Of a stretch of 13,201 nt of DNA, positions 1-8,197 are shown piece after piece (the stretch's first letter is position 1; every line of letters begins with the position of its first letter). The stretch spans positions 1 to 13,201 of the forward strand of contig JABLTI010000085.1 of the NCBI GenBank assembly GCA_013166835.1, in the 5' to 3' direction. Made by a program: the position numbers and the translations under genes. The notes under the pieces are model-generated. The model had not been told where the DNA came from and searched no databases. It worked only from the letters and a program-made list of their open reading frames with translations. Source of the stretch: Promethearchaeati archaeon. GTDB lineage: Archaea; Asgardarchaeota; Heimdallarchaeia; JABLTI01.

Positions 1-2
1 AT

Positions 3-632
3 TTTAAACCCTCAAAAGAACCATTAGCTATTTTACACAAGCATCAAGATCTTATTGATGGAATTACGAATTTACATCTCTCACTTTGTAAGATACCTGA
101 AGATTGCAATTGGGAGGATCAGACTCTTACATTATTGCATTTTAATGTAGATAGGGGTTATTTCCACCCTCGATTCTATCTTGCTAAATTATTAACTGAG
201 TTGCTAGATAGGGATGAAGCCATACAATTCTTCAAGACATACATTGATCAGAGGGTCAAAACTCTAATTGAGAGACCACACAGGGAAACCATGACTGAAG
301 TTTTCGATCTTGATATTAAAAATGGAAAGGATTCTAAATCGTCAGCTTACATTTCAGCTTTATTAAATGAGGGGCTGTATGCAGGAAGAGTCGATTGTTG
401 TATGGGTTATGAATCAATGAAAGAATTGAATGATCCTGAATTAACTGATTTAGTCACTTGCTATGCTGATTTTGAAATGATCAAGAAAACAAACAAACAT
501 TTTGTATTAACCCGAACTTGTACTCTACATACTGGACCCTATTGTGATAATCTATATCATGATACAAGATTGGTGAGTGAAGTAAAACACTTGCCCAGAG
601 AATTTTATGATAATCTAGATAAAAAGAAATGA
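3..632 (+). CDS. ATC-hydrolase/V4R-like Cys-motif domain protein, array copy 1 (subtype A); 5' end lies outside the window
   Basis: The frame of the 135..632 ORF is open back to position 3 (FKPSKEPLAILHKHQDLIDGITNLHLSLCKIPEDCNWEDQ...), and this part aligns with paralogue 4 (LLEIPDDVDW), so TTG135 is not the true start. Motifs are RVDCC, TCYADF and LTRTCTLHTGPYCDNLYHD. The family call is from motif recognition only. Confidence 0.8.
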   Translation, partial: FKPSKEPLAILHKHQDLIDGITNLHLSLCKIPEDCNWEDQTLTLLHFNVDRGYFHPRFYLAKLLTELLDRDEAIQFFKTYIDQRVKTLIERPHRETMTEVFDLDIKNGKDSKSSAYISALLNEGLYAGRVDCCMGYESMKELNDPELTDLVTCYADFEMIKKTNKHFVLTRTCTLHTGPYCDNLYHDTRLVSEVKHLPREFYDNLDKKK

Positions 633-642
633 TGTGAAAAAA

Positions 643-1491
643 ATGGAAGAAAAATACTACAAATGTTATAATGCAGATGCAATAATGGAGTTAAATCCAG
701 CGGATAAAATAAGGGATGCAATAAAGAGAACTGATGATATAATTAAGTACATAGTAAAATTACGAAATGGAGTTACTCCTGAGTACGTTGAAGCATTAAT
801 TAAGAGACTGCTTATTGAAGTGAATGATTACAATATTGATACAAAATCATTCAGTTTGAAAACGATTGAGAAAGATCTCACGCATCTTAAACATGACGAG
901 CTCTTGACGAATTTAGTCATTCGTTTCATGGCGAAGAAGTTTGCAATCCCAAAAGATACCAAAATCAAATCCAAAACAATAGAAATTACTAATCTTAATC
1001 GTGCTTATGCAATGGAAGGATTCTCGTATTTTCGAGTAAAGGCTTTTGAGGATATTCTAGGAAAAGAAGAAGGAATAAAGCTCTATTCCAAAATTCTCGG
1101 GTTAATTGTCAAAGAAATGAAAAGTACACAAAAAATCAATGAAAAGGATACCGTGAAATCTCGAAATGAAAGAGCTGTGAAACGATGGTGTGAAGAAGGG
1201 GTAGGGGATTTTACCTTCATCTTGTATGATGAAAACAAAGTAATCTATCGCTTTGATAGATGTGTAACTCATGAAGCTCTAAAACATCACAATGATCCAG
1301 ATATAGCATACATTGCATCGTGTTTTATTGGAGATATTGAAGAATGGAATGAGGGCGAGTATATTCATTTGAGAAGAACTCAAACACTTCATCATGCTGA
1401 TTTTTGTGATGAGCTGTACTGGGATACTCGTGTTCATGATAAACCAGAACAACCATCCCTTGAGTTTGCTCGTAATATAGGAAAATCTTAG
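643..1491 (+). CDS. ATC-hydrolase/V4R-like protein, copy 2 (subtype B)
   Basis: Motifs are EDILGKEEGIKLY, RFDRC, SCFIGD and RRTQTLHHADFCDELYWD. ATG643 is preferred over GTG634 because the SD-like GATGTGA (631-637) lies 5 nt upstream. Confidence 0.82.
   Translation: MEEKYYKCYNADAIMELNPADKIRDAIKRTDDIIKYIVKLRNGVTPEYVEALIKRLLIEVNDYNIDTKSFSLKTIEKDLTHLKHDELLTNLVIRFMAKKFAIPKDTKIKSKTIEITNLNRAYAMEGFSYFRVKAFEDILGKEEGIKLYSKILGLIVKEMKSTQKINEKDTVKSRNERAVKRWCEEGVGDFTFILYDENKVIYRFDRCVTHEALKHHNDPDIAYIASCFIGDIEEWNEGEYIHLRRTQTLHHADFCDELYWDTRVHDKPEQPSLEFARNIGKS
1273..1491 (+). repeat. Diverged direct repeat of the subtype-B 3' end (second copy 3431-3649)
   Basis: 72 codons align without gaps. By manual count there are 8 amino-acid changes and about 23 synonymous codon changes. 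Confidence 0.92.
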
Positions 1492-1532
1492 CTAAGCAAT
1501 ATGAAGAAAACAAAAAAAAGAAGGCATAAAAA

Positions 1533-2214
1533 ATGAAATTTGAATGATTTAGATAAACTTTCAAATAAAGTCAATGATTACGCAAATCTAAATGAAAACC
1601 TCGAATTAGTAAAATTACATTTGAATTATATGATGATGATCCTAGGAATTACAGAAGAACAATTATGGCAAAATGAAAAAACTCCATTTCCTTGTGAGAA
1701 TTTTATGACTTCAGTTTTTGTACTTTTTTACATACATCAAATTACACTTATTGAACTTCTTGGAAGAGAAAATGGTCTTCAATTTTATCGGGAATATGTA
1801 GATATTTACAATTACAAAATTAATGCAATTTTACAGAAAGACAGAGAGAAGAATCTAGATGGAATGAGGGAAGGAGATAAGCAATGGCTAGAAACAAATC
1901 CATATGGTAGAGTTAGACTATATAGTGAAGTAATGGATGGTCGATTAATACGTATATGTAAAAATTGTGAGAAATTTACAGCTTTGCAAAAAACAGAATT
2001 AACATCCGATGGTGAAGTTCTTTACAACATTCTTTGTTACATGCACATTCCATTAGTCAAGGTTTGGAATGAAAATTTTATTTTAACTCTTGAGAAATCA
2101 TTAGCTTTGGGAGATCCCTATTGTGCTTATGTCTACTTTGATAAAAGAGTTGCTAAAGAAATAGAACAGCCATCTGATGAATATTTGAATGAAATATGGT
2201 CTAAATACAAATAA
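1533..2214 (+). pseudogene. ATC-hydrolase/V4R-like protein, copy 3 (subtype C); internally deleted and frameshifted at the 5' end, possibly still translated from TTG1540
   Basis: The family-typical start ATG AAA TTT GAA at 1533 (MKFE) hits TGA immediately. The long frame 1540-2214 starts at a point matching about residue 67 of copy 6 (NDLDKL vs REDGKL) and is closed upstream by TGA 1534-1536. The C-terminal motifs ICKNCEK, LCYMHIP and GDPYC are intact. Confidence 0.7.
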
Positions 2215-2232
2215 TAAAGGTGATAATCAAAA

Positions 2233-3126
2233 ATGAAATTTAAAGAATATGGGTCATATGCTCCAGAAGCATTGGAAAATCTAGAAGAAGTACAACCATT
2301 AGAAATCGCTCAAAAATCATCATTAAATCGATTGAATTATCTAGTTGGATTCTTCAAAGAGCAGAGACCAAAGGAATATGATAAGTATCTGAAAAATTTG
2401 CAGAAGAAACTTTCAGATTTAGTGAAGAAGGATTTTACCAAACAAAGCAAACTTGATTTAGCAAAATCATTGAAAGAATTACCTAATTTACAGGATAAAG
2501 AACAACTAGCAATTAATAGTGTAAACTATGTATTGCAGCTACTCGAAATTCCTGATGATGTAGATTGGGTAAATAATAAAATCAAGGTTCCACAAGGAAA
2601 TTATTTCAGATCATTTCTAATACCAAGATACCAAAATGCTGTTGTTTTTTCTGAAACTTTGGGACGAGAAGAAGGAATCAAGCTATACAAAGTCTATAAA
2701 ACAGAATATGTCAACTTCTCAATTCCTGAAAGTAAAAATCAATATTCGAATCTTGATGATAAACACAAGGATAATGTTAAGGATTTTGAAAGCAATGGGA
2801 ATCCAGGTTGGGTTCGAATAGAAGGATCAGTAGAGAATGGGAAACTAGTCTACCGAAGGGATACTTGCTTATGGGCTGAAGCAATGAAAGGTTATCCAGA
2901 TGATGAATTCAAATATCTTGCTACATGTTACGAGGATTTTCAAGGAATAAAGAAAACATGGAATGAAAACTTCGTTTTAACCATGGACCATACATTAGCT
3001 AAAGGTGATCTATATTGTAGTTGTGTTATTCATGATACAAGAATAGATTGGGACTTAACACATCCCTCTGAGGAATTCTGGGAAAGTATTTGGCCATTGC
3101 AAAAATGGCAGAAAAAAAATGAATGA
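2233..3126 (+). CDS. ATC-hydrolase/V4R-like protein, copy 4 (subtype D)
   Basis: 297 aa with an MKF start and AAGGTGA SD at 2217-2223. Motifs are RRDTCLWAEA, TCYEDF and TMDHTLAKGDLYCSCVIHD. Confidence 0.85.
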   Translation: MKFKEYGSYAPEALENLEEVQPLEIAQKSSLNRLNYLVGFFKEQRPKEYDKYLKNLQKKLSDLVKKDFTKQSKLDLAKSLKELPNLQDKEQLAINSVNYVLQLLEIPDDVDWVNNKIKVPQGNYFRSFLIPRYQNAVVFSETLGREEGIKLYKVYKTEYVNFSIPESKNQYSNLDDKHKDNVKDFESNGNPGWVRIEGSVENGKLVYRRDTCLWAEAMKGYPDDEFKYLATCYEDFQGIKKTWNENFVLTMDHTLAKGDLYCSCVIHDTRIDWDLTHPSEEFWESIWPLQKWQKKNE

Positions 3127-3433
3127 GGTTTTATTAATGGAATTTGAACAATATGGAAAAGAAGTAGATAATTTAGAAATTAAATTCAATCCAATGGATT
3201 TTGCGGAGAGTAATCTCTTCAAGGATATTAGCAATTTCCTGGGATATATTAAGAAAAATAGAACTGATATTTATCCTGAACTTATTAAGAGGTTAAATGC
3301 AAGTAAAGAGAATTTACCCAAAAATAGATTTTTTGATGAAAAATCAACAAAAATAATAGAAAGAATTTCTCAATGTGAAGTTCTAACAGAAAACAAGGAT
3401 TTAGTTCTAAGGTACTTGAACGCATTTATTGAA
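3031..3433 (+). repeat. Diverged direct repeat spanning the D/E gene junction (second copy about 7167-7569)
   Basis: Both copies read catgatac.agaatagattggga.ttaac.catcc...agtatttggccatt.ca.aaatggcagaaaaa.aatgaatgaggtt.ta.taatggaatttga.caatatggaaaagaa.taga, including the intergenic part. Confidence 0.9.
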
Positions 3434-3649
3434 GCACTCAAGCATCACAATGATCCGGATATTGCATACATTGCTTCTTGCTACATTGGTGACATTGCTG
3501 AATGGAATGAGGGCGAGTATATTCACTTGAGAAGAACTCAAACCTTACATCATGCTGTTTTCTGTGATGAGTTATATTGGGATACTCGAGTTCATGATAA
3601 TCCTGTGCAACCATCCCTAGAATTCACGAAGAATATTGGTAAGAAATAA
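3137..3649 (+). CDS. Chimeric short paralogue, copy 5: subtype-E N-terminus fused in frame to subtype-B C-terminus (may be non-functional)
   Basis: The first 99 codons align without gaps to 7273-7569 and the last 72 codons align without gaps to 1273-1488. The start is placed at ATG3137 (MEFEQYG), 7 nt after GAGGT (3125-3129). Confidence 0.8.
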   Translation: MEFEQYGKEVDNLEIKFNPMDFAESNLFKDISNFLGYIKKNRTDIYPELIKRLNASKENLPKNRFFDEKSTKIIERISQCEVLTENKDLVLRYLNAFIEALKHHNDPDIAYIASCYIGDIAEWNEGEYIHLRRTQTLHHAVFCDELYWDTRVHDNPVQPSLEFTKNIGKK

Positions 3650-3679
3650 GCTAGAAAAACTACTAAGGAATGAGTAAAA

Positions 3680-4552
3680 ATGAAATTTGTTAAAGTTGGT
3701 CAGGAAATAGAGATTCCGAAAGCAACGTTACCACCAATTGCTCTTGCTGAGAGTAATGTCTTCGAGATTCTAACTCTTTTACTTGGTAAAATTAAGAAAG
3801 AAAAATCAAACAGCTATCAGTTGTTTGTTGAAAATGTAACAGATAAACTTCTCAGTAATACAAAGAATATAGGTTTCAAAAGAGAAGATGGAAAACTTAC
3901 ACAAACTCTAGAAAAATATAAGCATCTTCTGGAAAATTATAATCTAGTAAGACTTCATTTGAACTATCTAATAGATGGACTTGGTCTTACAGAAGAGGTA
4001 TTTTGGGAAAATCAAAAAACAAGTTTCCCTATAGAGAGCTTCATACCGTCTATACTTATTCAATTCTATTATCACTTGATTTCATTAATCGAACTCCTAG
4101 GTAGAGATCCAGCACTTAAGTTCTATCAGGAATTTGTTGATAAATACAATGAAACCGTTAATGCTAGGAATCAAGCAAATATTCACAAAAGCCTTGATGA
4201 GATGCGTGAAGAACACCTAGAATGGATGAAGACAAATCCCTATGGAAGAATACGAGTTTTTGGAGAAGTAAAAGATGGGCAGTTAATTAGAATTTGCAAT
4301 AATTGCGAGAAATACTTTAGCTTAAGGAATCATGAAATGGCTAATGACAAGGAGATTTTCTATACGCTTCTCTGTTTTATGCATATTCCATTAGCTAGAG
4401 TTTGGAATCCAAATTTTGTACTAACTATAGAGAAATCACTTGCAAGAGGAGATCCATACTGCGCTTACATCTACAATGACATGAGAAAAAGAAAGGATGC
4501 ACAACCACCAACTAAAGAATACTTAGATGAAGTATGGGGAAAAAACATGTGA
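3680..4552 (+). CDS. ATC-hydrolase/V4R-like protein, copy 6 (subtype C)
   Basis: 290 aa with an MKF start. Motifs are LIELLGRD, ICNNCEK, LCFMHIP and GDPYCAYIYND. Confidence 0.85.
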   Translation: MKFVKVGQEIEIPKATLPPIALAESNVFEILTLLLGKIKKEKSNSYQLFVENVTDKLLSNTKNIGFKREDGKLTQTLEKYKHLLENYNLVRLHLNYLIDGLGLTEEVFWENQKTSFPIESFIPSILIQFYYHLISLIELLGRDPALKFYQEFVDKYNETVNARNQANIHKSLDEMREEHLEWMKTNPYGRIRVFGEVKDGQLIRICNNCEKYFSLRNHEMANDKEIFYTLLCFMHIPLARVWNPNFVLTIEKSLARGDPYCAYIYNDMRKRKDAQPPTKEYLDEVWGKNM

Positions 4553-4556
4553 ATTT

Positions 4557-4563
4557 GAGGTGA
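4557..4563 (+). promoter_or_regulatory. Archaeal-type Shine-Dalgarno site GAGGTGA (related sites at 631, 2217, 3125, 7261, 11787)
   Basis: GGTGA/GAGGT motifs lie 4-10 nt upstream of the inferred ATG starts, within very short intergenic gaps consistent with one operon. Confidence 0.7.
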
Positions 4564-4567
4564 AAAA

Positions 4568-5434
4568 ATGAAATTTAAAGAATTTGGGAAATATATAGAA
4601 AACATAACTTTTGAAATAAAACCTCATGAATATATAGAGCTTAATCTTTTGAAAGATTTACATAATCTCTTAGGTTTTATCAAGAATACAAAACCAGAAA
4701 TTCTAAATGAATTCTTAGAGATTTTCACTCAAAGATTAAAATCTCATCTAAATAGAGACTTTTCAGTGAAAGATACTATACAATTTACGGAATTAATTAG
4801 CCATTATGAGAATTTAACTAAATATGAAAATCTCACTAAATTAAGCTTAAATTTCTTTTTAAAGGAATTAGCTATTACAGAAAATCAATTATGGGAAAAT
4901 AAAGCTGAGAAATTCCCTGTTAAAAATTTTCATACAGCAGCAATTGCATTCTATTTCCATCAACTTCATACTCTTATAGATCTTCTTGGAAGAAAGGATG
5001 CTATAGTTTTCTATAAGAATCATCTTCTCAAATTCATTTATACTTTTGAAACCAAACAAATGAATGTTCATAAGTCATTAGAAGAATTAAGAGAACATCA
5101 AATTAATTTCATTAATAGAGGACTTTTTGGCAGAGTACGATTAATGAGCAATGTTGAAAATGGTGGATTAATTAAAATTTGTAAAAATTGTGATAAAACA
5201 GATCACTTAGATAAATCACTTCGGGATGAGAAAGATTTACTCTTTGCAATTTCTTGTTGGTTACATATTCCCTTAGTTGAAATGTGGAATGAAAATTTTG
5301 TTCTTGCAATTAAGAAGTGCTTAGTTGAAGGAGATCCTTATTGTGCTTATGTTTACCATGATAAGAGAATTGCTAAGGATATAGATCAACCATCTGAAAA
5401 ACAATTGGATGAAATATGGGTAAAAAATAAATGA
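4568..5434 (+). CDS. ATC-hydrolase/V4R-like protein, copy 7 (subtype C')
   Basis: 288 aa with an MKF start and GAGGTGA SD at 4557-4563. Motifs are ICKNCDK, SCWLHIP and GDPYCAYVYHD. Confidence 0.85.
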   Translation: MKFKEFGKYIENITFEIKPHEYIELNLLKDLHNLLGFIKNTKPEILNEFLEIFTQRLKSHLNRDFSVKDTIQFTELISHYENLTKYENLTKLSLNFFLKELAITENQLWENKAEKFPVKNFHTAAIAFYFHQLHTLIDLLGRKDAIVFYKNHLLKFIYTFETKQMNVHKSLEELREHQINFINRGLFGRVRLMSNVENGGLIKICKNCDKTDHLDKSLRDEKDLLFAISCWLHIPLVEMWNENFVLAIKKCLVEGDPYCAYVYHDKRIAKDIDQPSEKQLDEIWVKNK

Positions 5435-5450
5435 ATAGAAGGAAGAAAAA

Positions 5451-7262
5451 ATGAAATTTGTTGAATTAGGAATATATGATGAGAATGCTTTAGAACATCT
5501 AACAGAAGTTGAACCATTAAATTATGCTAAAAAAATACCTTTGCCTCGATTAAACTATATTTTAGGATTCGTTAAGAAAAGAAAGCCAGAAATTTACGAT
5601 GCATTTGTTGAAAAACTCAAGAAGAATTATGCTGAGTTGAAAAAAGAGAACTACATCGATAACAAGAAATTCGATATATCAAAAGTAATAGATGAATTTG
5701 AGAATTTAAAGCAACACAAAACACTGGCAGAGAATTCTCTTAATTATTTTCTTAGCTTACTAGAACTACCTCTTGATAGTAATTGGGAAGAAGATAAGCT
5801 GAAAATCAAGAATAAACATTCATTCAGATCATATGCATTTCCAAGCTATCAAAATTTAGTTTCTCTATCAGATACTGTTGGAAAAGAGGAAGCAATTAAG
5901 CTTTACAAGATATTTGTTACAGAGTATATTACCATTAGAAGTAAGGGAACAAAAGGAAAATACGAAACACTTGAAGAACAGAGAGAGGACGAAGTAAGAG
6001 ACTTCAAAGAAAATCCATATCCAGGTTGGGTACGTATAGAGAGTACTGTAGAGAATGGAAAATTATACCACAGAAGAGAGACTTGTTTACTAGCTGAAGC
6101 AATCAAAGATTTACCAGACAAGGATTTTAGATATCTAGTTGCCTGCTACAAGGATTTTCAAGGAACTATAGTTAACTGGAATGAAAACTTCGTTCTAACT
6201 ATGGATCATTCAATTGTAAAAGGAGACCCTTATTGCAGTTGTGTAATTCATGATACTAGAATAAATTGGGATTTAACACATCCGGACGAGGATTTCTGGG
6301 AGAATATTTGGCCATTACAAAAATTGCAAAAAAAATCAAAGAAGAAAGCCGATAAAGAATTCAAGCAAGAATTTCAACAACTTGGCTTTTATGCTCCTGA
6401 AACTTTGGAGATTATTGATGAAAAAAATCCATTAGAAATTATTGAAAAATCATCATTTAATCGTTTAGACTATTTACTTAAATTCATAAAATTGAATAAA
6501 TCTGAAATTTATGAATCATTTGTTGAGAATCTTCAAAAAACATATGCTGAATTAGTCAATGTTGATTATTACAATAAACAGAAGATTGACATCAATGAAT
6601 TATTAGATAAATATGAAGAATTAAAGAAGTATAAGCAATTAGCGATTAATAGTCTAAATTATTGCTTAAGTTTTCTAAAAATACCAAACAATACAAATTG
6701 GGTTAATGAAAAAGTCAAAACAACTAAAGGAAACTTCTTCAGATCATTCTTGATTCCAAGATATCAAAATGTTAGCATTTTATCAGAAACTATTGGAAGA
6801 GATGAAGGAATAAAACTTTACAAGATATATAGAACAGAACATGCAAAAATTTTTACAGCTGAAAAACTGAGATGCCGTTTTGAAACTTTAGAGGATTTAA
6901 GGAAAGATGATTTTGACGATTATGAAAATGATGGTAATCCCGGGTGGGTCCGCATTGAAGGCATAGTGAAAGATGGGAAATTTGTATACAGAAAAGATTC
7001 ATGTCTCTATGCTGAAGCAATGAAAAATTACCCAGATAAGGAATTCAAATTCCTTGCAGCATGCTATTATGATTACCAAGGCACACAAATTCAATGGAAT
7101 AAAAATTTCATTTTAACGATGGACCATACAATTGCAGGTGGAGATCCGTATTGTAGTTGTGTTGTTCATGATACTAGAATAGATTGGGATTTAACTCATC
7201 CAGATGAGGAATTTTGGGAGAGTATTTGGCCATTACAGAAATGGCAGAAAAAGAATGAATGA
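5451..7262 (+). CDS. Double-unit ATC-hydrolase/V4R-like protein, copy 8 (subtype D-D fusion)
   Basis: 603 aa made of two complete units, each ending GDPYCSCV.HDTRI.WDLTHPDE.FWE.IWPLQK, joined by a Lys-rich linker at about 6324-6365. Confidence 0.87.
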   Translation: MKFVELGIYDENALEHLTEVEPLNYAKKIPLPRLNYILGFVKKRKPEIYDAFVEKLKKNYAELKKENYIDNKKFDISKVIDEFENLKQHKTLAENSLNYFLSLLELPLDSNWEEDKLKIKNKHSFRSYAFPSYQNLVSLSDTVGKEEAIKLYKIFVTEYITIRSKGTKGKYETLEEQREDEVRDFKENPYPGWVRIESTVENGKLYHRRETCLLAEAIKDLPDKDFRYLVACYKDFQGTIVNWNENFVLTMDHSIVKGDPYCSCVIHDTRINWDLTHPDEDFWENIWPLQKLQKKSKKKADKEFKQEFQQLGFYAPETLEIIDEKNPLEIIEKSSFNRLDYLLKFIKLNKSEIYESFVENLQKTYAELVNVDYYNKQKIDINELLDKYEELKKYKQLAINSLNYCLSFLKIPNNTNWVNEKVKTTKGNFFRSFLIPRYQNVSILSETIGRDEGIKLYKIYRTEHAKIFTAEKLRCRFETLEDLRKDDFDDYENDGNPGWVRIEGIVKDGKFVYRKDSCLYAEAMKNYPDKEFKFLAACYYDYQGTQIQWNKNFILTMDHTIAGGDPYCSCVVHDTRIDWDLTHPDEEFWESIWPLQKWQKKNE

Positions 7263-7272
7263 GGTTATACTA

Positions 7273-8139
7273 ATGGAATTTGAGCAATATGGAAAAGAAA
7301 TAGAAAATTTGGAAATAAAATTTAATCCTTTTGAATTTGCCGAGAGCAATCTATTCAAGGAAATTGATAATGCTTTTGGTTATATTAAGAAAAGGAATGT
7401 TGATACGTATACAGAACTTATTAACAGATTGACTACCAGCAAGAAGAATTTACCAAAGAAGAAATTCTTCAATGAGAAAACATCGAAAATAATGGAAAGA
7501 ATAAAGAAAAGTGAAATTCTATCAGAGAATAAAGAATTGGTTCTTCGGTATTTGAATGCATTCATTGAAACTCAAGGAATTACCGACAAAGAGTACTGGC
7601 AAAAAAAAGAAATTAAAATACCAGCGAGGAATTTTTTCCATTCAGCAAATAACCTATATTATCTGATTTTATCAACACTTGTTGATATCTTAGGAAAAGA
7701 TGAAGCTATCAAGTTGTATAAAGAAACAGTTGATAATTACGTTCATACTTTTGATACAAAGCAAATGAACATTTTTACAGACTTGGAAGACATGCGACAG
7801 AAATTCATTCGATGGACTGAAAACAGCCCATACGGACGAGTTCGTTTACTCAGTACTGTCGAAAACGGACAATGGATAAGAATTTGTAAGAATTGCGAGA
7901 AAGTTCAGAATTTAGATAATTTAGAGGAACTCGATGGAGATCTAATGTATGCCATTTCATGTTACTGCCACGAGCCATTAGCAAAAATGTGGAATGAAAA
8001 TTTTGTCTTAACTTTGGAACAAACAATTGCTAAAGGAGATCCATTTTGTTCTTATGTCTATCACGATAAAAGCATCGCAGATAAGATTGAGCATCCTCCA
8101 AGAAAATTCTTTGAAGAAAAAATATCAAATTTAAAATGA
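7273..8139 (+). CDS. ATC-hydrolase/V4R-like protein, copy 9 (subtype E)
   Basis: The track start 7204 overlaps the previous gene. ATG7273 (MEFEQYG) follows GAGGT at 7261-7265 and matches the family start. Motifs are ICKNCEK, SCYCHEP and GDPFCSYVYHD. Confidence 0.85.
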   Translation: MEFEQYGKEIENLEIKFNPFEFAESNLFKEIDNAFGYIKKRNVDTYTELINRLTTSKKNLPKKKFFNEKTSKIMERIKKSEILSENKELVLRYLNAFIETQGITDKEYWQKKEIKIPARNFFHSANNLYYLILSTLVDILGKDEAIKLYKETVDNYVHTFDTKQMNIFTDLEDMRQKFIRWTENSPYGRVRLLSTVENGQWIRICKNCEKVQNLDNLEELDGDLMYAISCYCHEPLAKMWNENFVLTLEQTIAKGDPFCSYVYHDKSIADKIEHPPRKFFEEKISNLK

Positions 8140-8197
8140 GAAGCAGATGAAATAAGAAAATAATGTACAAAAGCAAAGTTGAAGGTTAGGATGTAGT

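Noticed and set aside
1492-1532. A-rich runs between and within genes as terminators or phase-variation tracts
   Set aside because: Archaeal terminators are T-rich on the coding strand, and A7-A8 runs are common in this Lys-rich, AT-rich sequence.
1273-3649. Repeat pair 1273-1491 / 3431-3649 at gene 3' ends as a diversity-generating retroelement template/variable repeat
   Set aside because: Differences are mostly third-position synonymous and involve all bases rather than adenines of one copy, both copies are coding, and no reverse transcriptase is in the window.
7204-7272. N-terminal extensions predicted by the track (7204, 9063, 3119, 634)
   Set aside because: They overlap or abut upstream genes. 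Downstream ATGs with SD-like sites, mostly matching the family M(K/E)F start, fit better.
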